A stretch of DNA of 64,000 bases from Escherichia coli (lineage in GTDB: Bacteria; Pseudomonadota; Gammaproteobacteria; Enterobacterales; Enterobacteriaceae): assembly GCF_024223415.1 (NCBI RefSeq), contig NZ_CP100500.1. One strand, written 5' to 3'. The first letter of the stretch is position 1; the number at the start of each line of letters is the position of its first letter. The position numbers and the translations under genes were made by a program. Positions 17,148 to 31,125 of the stretch are shown piece after piece. The notes below the pieces were generated by a model, which saw nothing but the letters and a program-made list of their open reading frames with translations, did no database searches and was not told the origin of the DNA.

Positions 17148-18749
17148 ATGTTTAATCGTATTCGAATTTCGACCACGCTGTTTTTAATTTTGATTCTCTG
17201 CGGGATCTTGCAGATTGGCAGTAACGGCATGTCTTTTTGGGCATTTCGCGACGATTTGCAACGACTGAATCAGGTCGAGCAGAGCAATCAGCAACGTGCG
17301 GCATTAGCGCAAACTCGGGCGGTAATGTTACAGGCCAGTACCGCGCTGAACAAAGCGGGCACTCTGACGGCACTTAGCTATCCGGCGGATGACATTAAAA
17401 CGTTGATGACGACGGCGCGCGCCAGTCTGACGCAATCCACCACGCTGTTTAAAAGTTTTATGGCGATGACTGCGGGCAACGAGCACGTCAGGGCATTGCA
17501 AAAAGAGACGGAGAAAAGTTTTGCCCGCTGGCACAACGATCTCGAACATCAGGCGACCTGGCTTGAAAGTAATCAACTTTCGGATTTCCTCACTGCGCCG
17601 GTGCAGGGATCACAGAATGCGTTTGACGTTAACTTTGAGGCCTGGCAGCTGGAGATCAACCATGTGCTGGAAGCCGCCAGTGCGCAAAGCCAGCGTAACT
17701 ATCAGATTTCGGCACTGGTGTTTATCAGCATGATTATTGTTGCGGCGATCTACATCAGCAGTGCGCTGTGGTGGACGCGCAAGATGATTGTTCAACCACT
17801 GGCCATTATCGGTAGCCATTTTGACAGCATTGCTGCGGGTAATCTGGCGCGTCCGATTGCGGTGTATGGTCGCAATGAGATCACCGCCATTTTTGCCAGC
17901 CTGAAGACCATGCAGCAGGCTTTGCGTGGGACGGTGAGTGATGTGCGTAAGGGAAGCCAGGAGATGCACATTGGTATCGCGGAGATTGTCGCAGGCAATA
18001 ACGATCTCTCAAGTCGTACCGAACAGCAGGCGGCATCGCTGGCACAAACGGCCGCCAGTATGGAGCAATTAACCGCCACGGTAGGGCAAAACGCCGATAA
18101 CGCACGACAGGCGTCGGAACTGGCAAAAAATGCCGCGACAACGGCGCAGGCGGGCGGTGTTCAGGTCAGTACCATGACTCACACCATGCAGGAGATCGCC
18201 ACCAGCTCGCAAAAAATTGGCGACATTATCAGCGTTATCGACGGAATTGCTTTCCAGACCAATATTCTGGCCCTGAATGCGGCAGTGGAAGCGGCTCGCG
18301 CCGGAGAGCAGGGGCGTGGTTTTGCGGTAGTGGCAGGTGAAGTGCGCAATCTTGCCAGCCGTAGCGCGCAGGCAGCAAAAGAGATCAAAGGGCTGATCGA
18401 AGAGTCAGTCAATCGTGTCCAGCAGGGTTCGAAACTGGTGAATAACGCCGCCGCGACCATGATCGATATTGTCAGTTCGGTGACCCGCGTGAACGACATT
18501 ATGGGAGAAATTGCCTCTGCGTCGGAAGAACAACAGCGGGGGATTGAGCAGGTTGCACAGGCTGTCAGCCAGATGGATCAGGTGACTCAGCAGAACGCCT
18601 CGCTGGTAGAAGAAGCGGCGGTGGCAACGGAACAACTGGCGAATCAGGCCGACCATCTTTCGTCGCGTGTGGCGGTATTTACCCTTGAAGAACATGAAGT
18701 AGCACGACATGAGTCGGTGCAGTTACAAATTGCGCCAGTGGTATCCTGA
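17148..18749 (+). CDS. tap: Methyl-accepting chemotaxis protein IV (dipeptide)
   Basis: MFNRIRISTTLFLILILCG..., 533 aa, lacks NWETF tail. Confidence 0.95.
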   Translation: MFNRIRISTTLFLILILCGILQIGSNGMSFWAFRDDLQRLNQVEQSNQQRAALAQTRAVMLQASTALNKAGTLTALSYPADDIKTLMTTARASLTQSTTLFKSFMAMTAGNEHVRALQKETEKSFARWHNDLEHQATWLESNQLSDFLTAPVQGSQNAFDVNFEAWQLEINHVLEAASAQSQRNYQISALVFISMIIVAAIYISSALWWTRKMIVQPLAIIGSHFDSIAAGNLARPIAVYGRNEITAIFASLKTMQQALRGTVSDVRKGSQEMHIGIAEIVAGNNDLSSRTEQQAASLAQTAASMEQLTATVGQNADNARQASELAKNAATTAQAGGVQVSTMTHTMQEIATSSQKIGDIISVIDGIAFQTNILALNAAVEAARAGEQGRGFAVVAGEVRNLASRSAQAAKEIKGLIEESVNRVQQGSKLVNNAAATMIDIVSSVTRVNDIMGEIASASEEQQRGIEQVAQAVSQMDQVTQQNASLVEEAAVATEQLANQADHLSSRVAVFTLEEHEVARHESVQLQIAPVVS

Positions 18750-18767
18750 AGTGATTGAGAAGGCGCT

Positions 18768-19628
18768 ATGACTTCATCTCTGCCCTGTGGGCAAACGTCT
18801 TTATTGTTACAGATGACCGAGCGCCTGGCGCTTTCCGACGCGCATTTTCGGCGGATAAGTCAATTGATCTATCAACGAGCCGGGATCGTTCTGGCTGACC
18901 ATAAACGCGACATGGTTTACAACCGACTGGTTCGTCGTTTGCGTTCGCTGGGACTGACGGATTTCGGTCATTATCTGAACTTGCTGGAATCTAATCAGCA
19001 CAGCGGTGAGTGGCAGGCGTTTATCAATTCGCTGACCACGAATCTGACGGCATTTTTCCGTGAGGCACACCATTTCCCTCTGCTCGCGGATCACGCACGT
19101 CGCCGTTCTGGCGAGTATCGCGTATGGAGCGCGGCGGCTTCGACCGGCGAAGAGCCGTACAGCATTGCGATGACGCTGGCTGACACATTGGGCACCGCGC
19201 CCGGACGCTGGAAAGTGTTTGCCAGTGATATCGACACCGAAGTGCTGGAAAAAGCCAGAAGCGGTATTTATCGCCATGAAGAGTTGAAAAACCTGACGCC
19301 GCAGCAACTGCAACGGTATTTCATGCGAGGGACGGGACCGCATGAAGGGCTGGTACGCGTGCGTCAGGAGCTGGCGAACTATGTTGATTTTGCCCCGCTG
19401 AATCTACTGGCGAAACAGTACACCGTGCCGGGGCCGTTTGATGCGATCTTCTGTCGTAACGTCATGATCTACTTCGATCAAAATACCCAGCAGGAGATTT
19501 TGCGCCGCTTTGTTCCGCTCCTTAAACCCGACGGATTGCTGTTTGCGGGTCACTCTGAAAACTTTAGCCACCTCGAGCGCCGCTTCACGCTGCGTGGTCA
19601 GACGGTGTATGCGCTAAGTAAGGATTAA
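18768..19628 (+). CDS. cheR: Chemotaxis methyltransferase CheR
   Basis: 286 aa, SAM-dependent methyltransferase. Confidence 0.95.
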
Positions 19629-19630
19629 CG

Positions 19631-21084
<1,454 letters not shown>

Positions 21085-21094
21085 GGATGCGACT

Positions 21095-21739
21095 ATGATG
21101 CAACCATCAATCAAACCTGCTGACGAGCATTCAGCTGGCGATATCATTGCGCGCATCGGCAGCCTGACGCGTATGCTGCGCGACAGTTTGCGGGAACTGG
21201 GGCTGGATCAGGCCATTGCCGAAGCGGCGGAAGCCATCCCGGATGCGCGCGATCGTTTGTACTATGTTGTGCAGATGACCGCCCAGGCTGCGGAGCGGGC
21301 GCTGAACAGTGTTGAGGCGTCACAACCGCATCAGGATCAAATGGAGAAATCAGCAAAAGCGTTAACCCAACGTTGGGATGACTGGTTTGCCGATCCGATT
21401 GACCTTGCCGACGCCCGTGAATTGGTAACAGATACGCGACAATTTCTGGCAGATGTACCCGCGCATACCAGCTTTACTAACGCGCAACTGCTGGAAATCA
21501 TTATGGCGCAGGATTTTCAGGATCTCACCGGGCAGGTCATTAAGCGGATGATGGATGTCATTCAGGAGATCGAACGCCAGTTGCTGATGGTGCTGTTGGA
21601 AAACATCCCGGAACAGGAGTCGCGTCCAAAGCGTGAAAATCAGAGTTTGCTTAATGGACCTCAGGTCGATACCAGCAAAGCCGGTGTGGTAGCCAGTCAG
21701 GATCAGGTGGACGATTTGTTGGATAGTCTTGGATTTTGA
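21095..21739 (+). CDS. cheZ: CheY-P phosphatase CheZ
   Basis: ATG at 21095 ([18 protein letters not shown]...), 214 aa. Confidence 0.95.
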   Translation: MMQPSIKPADEHSAGDIIARIGSLTRMLRDSLRELGLDQAIAEAAEAIPDARDRLYYVVQMTAQAAERALNSVEASQPHQDQMEKSAKALTQRWDDWFADPIDLADARELVTDTRQFLADVPAHTSFTNAQLLEIIMAQDFQDLTGQVIKRMMDVIQEIERQLLMVLLENIPEQESRPKRENQSLLNGPQVDTSKAGVVASQDQVDDLLDSLGF

Positions 21740-21744
21740 TTTGT

Positions 21745-21830
21745 ATTGCCTGATGTGGCGTGACCACGTCATATCAGGCGGTCTGATAAGGCGATGACGC
21801 CGCATCCGACAAACGCACACTATGCTTGAT
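21745..21830. repeat. REP/BIME-like palindromic elements downstream of cheZ
   Basis: gcctgatgtggcgt...cgccgcatccgaca palindromic unit. Confidence 0.5.
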
Positions 21831-21940
21831 GTGTGGCAGCAAAAGCCCTAAATCCCGCCTGTTTTGCCCCTTACTCAAACCATTGAACGCTTTGCGCTCT
21901 GGCATCATTTACGCTTAATACTCTTTCCAGGATTGGCGAC

Positions 21941-23089
21941 GTGTCTGACGAGAGCGACGACAAAACAGAAGCCCCCACTCCTCACCGACTAGAAAAAGCG
22001 CGGGAAGAGGGGCAAATCCCGCGTTCCCGTGAACTGACCTCACTGCTGATTTTGCTGGTGGGCGTTAGTGTTATCTGGTTTGGCGGTGTGTCGCTGGCCC
22101 GTCGATTGTCGGGCATGCTCTCCGCTGGGCTGCATTTTGATCACAGTATTATCAAAGACCCGAATCTGATCCTCGGGCAAATTATTCTGCTGATCAGAGA
22201 AGCCATGCTGGCGCTGCTACCGCTGATTAGCGGCGTGGTGCTGGTGGCGCTCATTTCTCCGGTTATGCTGGGGGGGCTGGTATTTAGCGGAAAATCCTTG
22301 CAGCCGAAGTTTTCCAAACTCAACCCGCTACCGGGCATAAAACGGATGTTCTCGGCACAGACTGGCGCGGAGTTGCTTAAAGCAATTTTGAAAACCATCC
22401 TGGTTGGTAGCGTGACGGGGTTTTTTCTCTGGCATCACTGGCCGCAGATGATGCGCTTAATGGCCGAGTCTCCGATTACCGCCATGGGTAATGCGATGGA
22501 TCTGGTAGGGCTATGCGCACTGCTGGTGGTGCTTGGTGTCATTCCGATGGTGGGATTTGACGTCTTTTTTCAAATCTTCAGCCACCTGAAAAAGCTGCGT
22601 ATGTCGCGGCAGGATATTCGTGATGAGTTCAAACAAAGCGAAGGCGATCCCCATGTCAAAGGGCGAATTCGTCAGATGCAGCGAGCTGCGGCGCGGCGGC
22701 GGATGATGGCCGATGTGCCGAAAGCGGACGTCATTGTCAATAACCCGACCCACTATTCGGTAGCGTTGCAGTATGACGAAAACAAAATGAGCGCACCGAA
22801 AGTGGTCGCTAAAGGTGCAGGGCTGGTCGCGCTGCGCATTCGTGAAATTGGCTCTGAAAATAACGTCCCGACGCTTGAAGCGCCGCCGCTGGCGCGAGCG
22901 CTGTATCGACATGCGGAGATTGGTCAACAAATCCCGGGTCAACTGTACGCCGCGGTGGCGGAAGTGCTGGCCTGGGTCTGGCAACTGAAACGCTGGCGTC
23001 TGGCTGGTGGACAGCGCCCTGTACAACCTACTCATCTTCCGGTGCCGGAAGCCCTGGATTTTATTAACGAGAAACCGACCCATGAGTAA
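21941..23089 (+). CDS. flhB: Flagellar export apparatus protein FlhB
   Basis: GTG start, MSDESDDKTEAPTPHRLEKAREEG..., 382 aa, NPTH autocleavage motif. Confidence 0.95.
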   Translation: MSDESDDKTEAPTPHRLEKAREEGQIPRSRELTSLLILLVGVSVIWFGGVSLARRLSGMLSAGLHFDHSIIKDPNLILGQIILLIREAMLALLPLISGVVLVALISPVMLGGLVFSGKSLQPKFSKLNPLPGIKRMFSAQTGAELLKAILKTILVGSVTGFFLWHHWPQMMRLMAESPITAMGNAMDLVGLCALLVVLGVIPMVGFDVFFQIFSHLKKLRMSRQDIRDEFKQSEGDPHVKGRIRQMQRAAARRRMMADVPKADVIVNNPTHYSVALQYDENKMSAPKVVAKGAGLVALRIREIGSENNVPTLEAPPLARALYRHAEIGQQIPGQLYAAVAEVLAWVWQLKRWRLAGGQRPVQPTHLPVPEALDFINEKPTHE

Positions 23090-25160
23090 TCTGGCCGCGA
23101 TGCTGCGCCTGCCCGCAAACCTGAAATCGACACAATGGCAGATCCTTGCCGGACCGATTTTGATCCTGTTGATCTTGTCGATGATGGTGCTGCCACTGCC
23201 CGCATTCATACTCGACCTGTTGTTTACCTTCAATATTGCCTTGTCGATCATGGTGTTGCTGGTGGCGATGTTTACCCAGCGCACGCTTGAGTTTGCTGCG
23301 TTTCCGACCATTTTGTTGTTTACCACGCTGTTGCGTCTGGCACTTAACGTGGCTTCAACCCGTATCATTTTGATGGAAGGGCATACCGGCGCAGCGGCGG
23401 CAGGGAAGGTGGTTGAAGCGTTCGGTCACTTCCTCGTTGGTGGCAATTTCGCTATCGGTATCGTGGTGTTTGTCATTCTCGTGATCATCAACTTTATGGT
23501 CATTACCAAAGGTGCCGGGCGTATCGCAGAAGTGGGTGCGCGCTTTGTTCTCGATGGTATGCCGGGTAAGCAGATGGCGATTGACGCCGACCTTAACGCC
23601 GGATTGATTGGTGAAGATGAGGCGAAAAAACGCCGCTCCGAAGTCACTCAGGAAGCCGATTTTTACGGCTCAATGGACGGGGCAAGTAAGTTTGTCCGCG
23701 GCGATGCCATCGCCGGGATCCTCATCATGGTCATTAACGTTGTCGGCGGGTTGCTGGTCGGTGTGCTGCAACATGGCATGAGCATGGGACACGCGGCGGA
23801 AAGTTATACGCTCTTGACCATTGGTGACGGTCTGGTGGCACAAATCCCGGCGCTGGTGATTTCTACCGCCGCGGGGGTCATTGTTACGCGTGTCAGCACC
23901 GATCAGGATGTTGGCGAGCAGATGGTGAATCAGCTTTTCAGTAACCCAAGCGTTATGTTGTTAAGCGCTGCCGTGCTCGGTTTACTCGGCCTGGTGCCTG
24001 GAATGCCGAACCTGGTATTTTTGCTGTTCACTGCCGGATTGCTGGGGCTGGCCTGGTGGATCCGTGGACGCGAACAAAAAGCGCCTGCCGAACCAAAACC
24101 GGTAAAAATGGCAGAGAATAATGCCGTTGTCGAAGCGACGTGGAACGATGTACAACTGGAAGATTCTCTGGGAATGGAAGTGGGTTATCGACTGATCCCG
24201 ATGGTCGATTTCCAGCAGGATGGTGAGTTGTTGGGCCGTATACGCAGTATCCGCAAGAAATTTGCCCAGGAGATGGGCTTCCTGCCGCCGGTGGTGCACA
24301 TTCGCGACAATATGGATCTGCAACCTGCCCGCTATCGCATTTTGATGAAAGGCGTGGAGATAGGCAGTGGTGATGCTTATCCGGGGCGCTGGCTGGCGAT
24401 TAACCCTGGAACCGCTGCCGGGACGTTACCTGGTGAGGCGACCATCGATCCGGCATTTGGCCTGAATGCTATCTGGATTGAAAGTGCGCTAAAAGAACAG
24501 GCGCAGATTCAGGGGTACACCGTGGTTGAGGCCAGCACGGTGGTGGCAACGCATCTTAACCACCTCATTAGCCAGCATGCCGCAGAGCTGTTTGGTCGTC
24601 AGGAGGCGCAACAGCTGTTGGATCGCGTCGCCCAGGAGATGCCAAAGCTGACGGAAGATCTCGTTCCTGGCGTCGTCACGCTCACCACACTGCATAAAGT
24701 GCTGCAAAATCTCCTCGATGAAAAAGTACCGATTCGCGATATGCGCACCATTCTCGAAACGCTGGCGGAACATGCACCCATCCAAAGCGATCCACATGAA
24801 TTAACCGCCGTCGTGCGCGTGGCGTTGGGACGGGCGATTACCCAGCAGTGGTTTCCTGGCAAAGATGAAGTCCATGTTATTGGCCTCGATACACCGCTGG
24901 AACGTTTGTTACTACAGGCGCTGCAGGGCGGGGGCGGACTGGAGCCAGGGTTGGCGGATCGTTTACTGGCGCAAACTCAGGAAGCGCTATCCCGTCAGGA
25001 GATGTTGGGTGCGCCGCCAGTATTGTTGGTGAACCACGCGCTGCGACCATTATTGTCTCGCTTTCTGCGCCGCAGCTTGCCGCAGTTAGTGGTGCTGTCG
25101 AATCTGGAACTATCTGATAACCGACATATCCGCATGACGGCGACAATTGGCGGTAAATGA
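23082..25160 (+). CDS. flhA: Flagellar export apparatus protein FlhA
   Basis: ATG at 23082 (MSNLAAMLRLPANLKSTQWQ...), 692 aa. Confidence 0.95.
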   Translation: MSNLAAMLRLPANLKSTQWQILAGPILILLILSMMVLPLPAFILDLLFTFNIALSIMVLLVAMFTQRTLEFAAFPTILLFTTLLRLALNVASTRIILMEGHTGAAAAGKVVEAFGHFLVGGNFAIGIVVFVILVIINFMVITKGAGRIAEVGARFVLDGMPGKQMAIDADLNAGLIGEDEAKKRRSEVTQEADFYGSMDGASKFVRGDAIAGILIMVINVVGGLLVGVLQHGMSMGHAAESYTLLTIGDGLVAQIPALVISTAAGVIVTRVSTDQDVGEQMVNQLFSNPSVMLLSAAVLGLLGLVPGMPNLVFLLFTAGLLGLAWWIRGREQKAPAEPKPVKMAENNAVVEATWNDVQLEDSLGMEVGYRLIPMVDFQQDGELLGRIRSIRKKFAQEMGFLPPVVHIRDNMDLQPARYRILMKGVEIGSGDAYPGRWLAINPGTAAGTLPGEATIDPAFGLNAIWIESALKEQAQIQGYTVVEASTVVATHLNHLISQHAAELFGRQEAQQLLDRVAQEMPKLTEDLVPGVVTLTTLHKVLQNLLDEKVPIRDMRTILETLAEHAPIQSDPHELTAVVRVALGRAITQQWFPGKDEVHVIGLDTPLERLLLQALQGGGGLEPGLADRLLAQTQEALSRQEMLGAPPVLLVNHALRPLLSRFLRRSLPQLVVLSNLELSDNRHIRMTATIGGK

Positions 25161-25552
25161 TGAGAACCTTATTAGCAATATTATTGTTTCCGCTGCTGGT
25201 GCAAGCCGCCGGGGAGGGGATGTGGCAGGCAAGTAGTGTCGGAATTACGCTAAATCATCGCGGTGAGTCGATGTCGTCTGCGCCTCTTTCTACGCGACAA
25301 CCTGCTTCAGGATTGATGACGCTGGTAGCGTGGCGTTATCAGCTTATCGGCCCGACACCTGCAGGACTGCGGGTTCGCTTGTGTTCGCAATCTCGTTGTG
25401 TCGAATTAGAGGGGCAGAGCGGAACCACCGTGGCCTTTTCCGGTATAGCGGCAGTAGAACCGTTGCGCTTTATCTGGGAAGTGCCTGGCGGTGGGCGGTT
25501 AATTCCGTCGCTGAAAGTACAACGTAATGAAGTGATTGTGAATTATCGCTGA
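25160..25552 (+). CDS. flhE: Flagellar protein FlhE
   Basis: 130 aa with signal peptide, overlaps flhA stop. Confidence 0.9.
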   Translation: MRTLLAILLFPLLVQAAGEGMWQASSVGITLNHRGESMSSAPLSTRQPASGLMTLVAWRYQLIGPTPAGLRVRLCSQSRCVELEGQSGTTVAFSGIAAVEPLRFIWEVPGGGRLIPSLKVQRNEVIVNYR

Positions 25553-25672
25553 AGGACAAAAAAAATTACGCGCTCGCGAGTATGTTTAATAACTCAGTGA
25601 AAAAGGCTGGATGTTTTGTTGCAATCATTTATCAGGAATAGATTGCAACAAAACATGCCAAAAATATGTGAA

Positions 25673-26161
25673 TTATCCTCTTGTCAAAGGGCTTGGATAA
25701 AAATCTTCAGAGTTACGGTATAGCTGCAACTGGCGAGTTCGCGTATTGGTCTGTATGATCATACATGATAGCCATTCTGATTCAGAATAAGGGTCACTTA
25801 AATCCTGAACATCCTCATTTGAAAGGATTAATTCACATTCTTTGTCCCTAAAATCCAGCCAGGCTCGCTGTGATTTTTTAAGCAAGTTAAGTTGTTCAGT
25901 ATCAGGTTTTTTTGCACCTGTGCGTGGCACTTGTTCTATATAACGATAAGCTTCACCATAAGCTTTATTTAATTGCGCATCGACGAGATTGTATTCTTGT
26001 CGCAGGCATGATTTGATCACGTTAATGTCAGTATCATCATCTGAATTTTTTTGCCAACAATCTTTGATGGCTGAAATGTCATGGTCGTTTACTATAACCG
26101 TATCTTCTGCGTAAGCCTGGCAAGAGATAATGCCTAATGTTAATACAAGAAATTTAAACAC
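25673..26161 (-). CDS. yecT: YecT (DUF1311, LprI-like periplasmic protein)
   Basis: 162 aa with signal peptide; between flhE and argS. Confidence 0.75.
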   Translation of the reverse strand: MFKFLVLTLGIISCQAYAEDTVIVNDHDISAIKDCWQKNSDDDTDINVIKSCLRQEYNLVDAQLNKAYGEAYRYIEQVPRTGAKKPDTEQLNLLKKSQRAWLDFRDKECELILSNEDVQDLSDPYSESEWLSCMIIQTNTRTRQLQLYRNSEDFYPSPLTRG

Positions 26162-26337
26162 TGCGGTATTCCTTAAATTGAACCGTTATCGTTTTCCTGG
26201 GCCTGGATATTACGCTTCTGGCCTCTTACTCAACAGTGAGAAAACGATGGCATGTCCGTTTTCAGAATACATTTAGATGGCAATAAAAAAGCCTGATCGG
26301 CTAACCCTGATCAGGCTTCACTCTCACGAAAAATCGA

Positions 26338-28071
26338 TTACATACGCTCTACAGTCTCAATACCCAGCGTATCCAGACCCAGCTTCAGCGTCTTCGCCGT
26401 CAGTTGTGCCAGTTTTAGACGGCTGTTACGCACTTCTTCGTTTTCTGCGCTGAGGATCGGGCAGTGCTCGTAGAAGCCAGAGAACAGACCGGCCAGATCG
26501 TACAGGTAAGCACACATTACATGCGGCGTGCCTTCACGGGCAACCACGGTGAGGGTTTCTTCAAACTGCAGCAGGCGAGCTGCCAGTTGCGCTTCACGAT
26601 CTTCACGGATGATAACCGGAGCTGCAGCCAGTTGCTCTTCGTCAATTTCTGCTTTACGGAACACGGACAATACACGCGTGTATGCATACTGCATGTAAGG
26701 CGCGGTATTACCCTCAAACGCCAGCATGTTGTCCCAGTCGAAGATGTAGTCCGTGGTGCGGTTTTTGGAGAGATCCGCATATTTCACCGCACCAATACCA
26801 ACCGCGTTAGCCAGTTTTTCCAGCTCGTCGGCTGGCATATCCGGGTTCTTTTCTGCCACCAGACGGCGTGCACGTTCCAGGGCTTCATCCAGCAGATCGG
26901 CCAGTTTCACTGTACCACCCGCGCGGGTTTTGAACGGTTTGCCGTCTTTACCCAGCATCATGCCGAACATGTGGTGTTCCAGCGGTACGGATTCCGGTAC
27001 ATAGCCTGCTTTACGGACGATCGCCCATGCCTGCATCAGGTGTTGATGCTGACGGGAGTCGATGTAATACAGCACGCGATCGGCATGCAGTGTTTCATAA
27101 CGATATTTCGCACAGGCGATATCAGTGGTGGTATAGAGATAGCCGCCATCTTTCTTCTGAATGATCACGCCCATCGGTTCGCCTTCCTTGTTTTTAAACT
27201 CATCAAGGAATACGACGGTCGCCCCTTCGCTTTCTACTGCCAGACCTTTGGCTTTGAGATCCGCCACGATTCCTGGCAGCATCGGATTGTAGAGGCTTTC
27301 GCCCATCACGTCATCACGGGTCAGCGTCACGTTGAGACGATCGTAGGTGATCTGGTTCTGCGTCATGGTGATGTCGACCAGTTTGCGCCACATCTCGCGG
27401 AAATATTCGTCACCGCTTTGCAGTTTTACCACGTAGTTACGTGCACGCTCGGCAAACTCTTCATCTTCGTCGTAATGCTTTTTCGCATCGCGGTAGAAAC
27501 CTTCAAGGTCAGCCAGCTCCATTTCACCGGCGTTTTCCTGCTGCTGCTTTTCCAGCCATGCAATCAGCATACCGAACTGAGTGCCCCAGTCGCCGACGTG
27601 GTTTGCGCGAATCACTTTGTGACCGAGGAACTCCAGAGTACGCACTGCTGCGTCACCAATAATGGTAGAGCGCAGGTGACCGACGTGCATCTCTTTCGCC
27701 ACGTTTGGCGCAGAGTAGTCAACCACAATGGTCTGTTTTTCTGGCGTAGCAACACCGAGACGATCGGACGCCAGCGCCTGCTGAACATGTTCAGCCAGGA
27801 ATGCCGGATCAAGGAAAATGTTGATAAAGCCTGGACCGGCGATCTCAACTTTGCTGGCGATACCGTTAAGATCCAGATGAGTCAGCACCTGCTCTGCTAA
27901 TTGTCGCGGTGCCATACCCAGTTTTTTAGCAACTGCCATCATGCCGTTAGCCTGATAGTCGCCGAACTGAACTTTTGCTGACTGACGAACCTGCGGTTCG
28001 CAATCCGCAGGCGCGCCTGCCGCAATCATGGCCTGACGGACTTTTTCTGAGAGAAGAGCCTGAATATTCAC
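26338..28071 (-). CDS. argS: Arginine--tRNA ligase
   Basis: 577 aa, class I synthetase HIGH-like motif HVGHLRS. Confidence 0.97.
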   Translation of the reverse strand: MNIQALLSEKVRQAMIAAGAPADCEPQVRQSAKVQFGDYQANGMMAVAKKLGMAPRQLAEQVLTHLDLNGIASKVEIAGPGFINIFLDPAFLAEHVQQALASDRLGVATPEKQTIVVDYSAPNVAKEMHVGHLRSTIIGDAAVRTLEFLGHKVIRANHVGDWGTQFGMLIAWLEKQQQENAGEMELADLEGFYRDAKKHYDEDEEFAERARNYVVKLQSGDEYFREMWRKLVDITMTQNQITYDRLNVTLTRDDVMGESLYNPMLPGIVADLKAKGLAVESEGATVVFLDEFKNKEGEPMGVIIQKKDGGYLYTTTDIACAKYRYETLHADRVLYYIDSRQHQHLMQAWAIVRKAGYVPESVPLEHHMFGMMLGKDGKPFKTRAGGTVKLADLLDEALERARRLVAEKNPDMPADELEKLANAVGIGAVKYADLSKNRTTDYIFDWDNMLAFEGNTAPYMQYAYTRVLSVFRKAEIDEEQLAAAPVIIREDREAQLAARLLQFEETLTVVAREGTPHVMCAYLYDLAGLFSGFYEHCPILSAENEEVRNSRLKLAQLTAKTLKLGLDTLGIETVERM

Positions 28072-28286
28072 CGGAATACCTTACATTGATGAAGCGAGCA
28101 AAAATTGCCCGCACCAGTTAAAGAAATTAGGGCGGGAGTATACTGCAAATGGCTGTTTTCGTCAGCAACGTGCACGTGGCGTATTGCCGTTTTCACTATT
28201 GCATCAGAAGCGGCGTGAAATCAGCGGTTGGTTGGCGCAGGGCAACAGGGTAAATTAACGCTTTTACTGAAAGACGAAGAGTGATT

Positions 28287-28853
28287 ATGGCGAACTGGCA
28301 ATCTATCGACGAGCTGCAGGATATTGCATCGGATTTACCGCGATTTACCCACGCATTAGATGAACTTTCCCGCCGTTTGGGGTTGGATATCACTCCGTTG
28401 ACTGCCGATCACATTTCCTTGCGTTGCCATCAAAACGCCACCGCTGAACGCTGGCGTCGCGGGTTTGAACAGTGCGGCGAGCTTTTGTCAGAAAATATGA
28501 TCAATGGCAGACCGATTTGTCTGTTTAAATTGCATGAACCGGTACAGGTTGCGCACTGGCAGTTTTCCATTGTGGAGCTACCGTGGCCTGGGGAAAAACG
28601 TTACCCGCACGAAGGTTGGGAACATATTGAAATCGTTCTGCCGGGTGATCCAGAAACGCTGAATGCCCGTGCGCTGGCATTGCTTTCTGATGAAGGACTC
28701 AGCCTACCGGGGATCTCAGTGAAAACCAGTTCGCCAAAAGGTGAGCATGAACGATTACCGAATCCGACGCTGGCGGTCACCGATGGCAAAACAACCATTA
28801 AATTTCATCCGTGGTCCATTGAAGAGATTGTTGCCAGCGAGCAGTCGGCGTAA
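28287..28853 (+). CDS. yecM: YecM (VOC/glyoxalase-fold protein)
   Basis: MANWQSIDELQDIASDLPRF..., 188 aa; divergent from argS. Confidence 0.8.
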   Translation: MANWQSIDELQDIASDLPRFTHALDELSRRLGLDITPLTADHISLRCHQNATAERWRRGFEQCGELLSENMINGRPICLFKLHEPVQVAHWQFSIVELPWPGEKRYPHEGWEHIEIVLPGDPETLNARALALLSDEGLSLPGISVKTSSPKGEHERLPNPTLAVTDGKTTIKFHPWSIEEIVASEQSA

Positions 28854-28857
28854 TTAA

Positions 28858-29613
<756 letters not shown>

Positions 29614-29659
29614 TTTTTACCGTTGCATCATGTCGCCCAATATGATGCTTGCTCGTACC

Positions 29660-29695
29660 AGGCCCCTGCAATTTCAACAGGGGCCTTTTTTTATC
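29660..29695 (+). terminator. Terminator after cutC
   Basis: Hairpin caggcccctg...caggggcc followed by T7. Confidence 0.65.
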
Positions 29696-30000
29696 CCTGA
29701 ATAGTGTAAAAAATGAACGATTACCGCGATCTGTTGAGCGGGTGACAGTGCACATAGCGTTGTGCTAAAAATATTTTATATATTCACATTAATTATGTGA
29801 TTTAAATTGCTAAAACTGACAAATATATATTCTAAATAACAACTGGATTATTCCTTAGCAATTAATGATTACATTGTAATAAATCATATTCTTTAGCGAT
29901 TATTTCAGGCAGTGTTGTGCCGAATTAAGCAAGTAGTCAATTCGTTGTATATTTATTTATACAATGATTTCGGTGTTCTGGAATTTAATTAGAGGAATCT

Positions 30001-31101
30001 ATGCGAGGGAAAAAACGCATTGGGTTATTGTTTTTGCTGATAGCGGTTGTGGTTGGTGGTGGCGGGTTCTTGCAGGTGCAAAAAGCCTTACATAAAACGT
30101 CGGATACAGCATTTTGCCTTTCCTGCCACTCGATGAGTAAACCTTTTGAGGAATATCAGGGAACTGTCCACTTTTCGAACCAGAAAGGGATACGTGCGGA
30201 ATGTGCCGATTGCCATATTCCAAAGTCAGGGATGGATTATTTATTCGCTAAATTAAAAGCATCTAAAGATATTTATCATGAATTTGTTAGCGGCAAAATA
30301 GACAGTGACGATAAGTTCGAAGCTCATCGCCAGGAAATGGCCGAAACAGTATGGAAAGAATTAAAAGCAACTGACTCTGCAACGTGCCGTAGTTGCCATT
30401 CTTTTGATGCCATGGATATTGCCTCGCAAAGTGAATCTGCGCAGAAAATGCATAACAAAGCACAAAAGGGCGGCGAAACCTGTATCGATTGTCATAAAGG
30501 CATTGCCCATTTTCCGCCAGAAATAAAAATGGATGACAACGCGGCGCATGAGCTGGAAAGTCAGGCCGCTACTTCAGTGACTAATGGCGCACATATTTAT
30601 CCTTTCAAAACTTCTCGCATAGGCGAGCTGGCTACCGTGAATCCTGGTACCGATCTCACCGTCGTTGATGCCAGTGGCAAACAGCCGATCGTTCTGTTGC
30701 AGGGTTATCAAATGCAGGGCAGTGAAAACACGCTCTACCTGGCGGCAGGTCAACGGCTGGCGCTAGCCACATTAAGTGAAGAAGGTATCAAGGCGCTCAC
30801 GGTAAACGGGGAATGGCAGGCTGACGAATACGGCAATCAATGGCGTCAGGCGTCTTTACAGGGTGCGCTTACCGATCCCGCATTAGCGGACCGTAAACCG
30901 CTATGGCAATACGCTGAAAAACTTGACGATACCTATTGCGCTGGTTGTCATGCCCCTATTGCCGCCGACCATTACACCGTCAATGCGTGGCCTTCCATTG
31001 CCAAAGGAATGGGGGCACGAACCAGCATGAGCGAAAACGAACTGGACATTTTAACGCGGTATTTCCAGTACAACGCCAAAGATATTACCGAGAAACAGTG
31101 A
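30001..31101 (+). CDS. torY: Pentaheme c-type cytochrome TorY (NapC/NirT family)
   Basis: 366 aa, N-terminal TM and several CxxCH haem motifs. Confidence 0.9.
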   Translation: MRGKKRIGLLFLLIAVVVGGGGFLQVQKALHKTSDTAFCLSCHSMSKPFEEYQGTVHFSNQKGIRAECADCHIPKSGMDYLFAKLKASKDIYHEFVSGKIDSDDKFEAHRQEMAETVWKELKATDSATCRSCHSFDAMDIASQSESAQKMHNKAQKGGETCIDCHKGIAHFPPEIKMDDNAAHELESQAATSVTNGAHIYPFKTSRIGELATVNPGTDLTVVDASGKQPIVLLQGYQMQGSENTLYLAAGQRLALATLSEEGIKALTVNGEWQADEYGNQWRQASLQGALTDPALADRKPLWQYAEKLDDTYCAGCHAPIAADHYTVNAWPSIAKGMGARTSMSENELDILTRYFQYNAKDITEKQ

Positions 31102-31125
31102 TCCTCGTTGATCAGGGAGGAAGTT

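Noticed and set aside
22511-23368. 285-aa minus-strand ORF
   Set aside because: Antisense across the flhB/flhA junction; both sense genes are intact and well conserved.
26464-27900. 478-aa ORF on the plus strand
   Set aside because: Lies entirely antisense to argS, whose identity is unambiguous; long antisense ORFs are common in conserved genes and it has no plausible start context.
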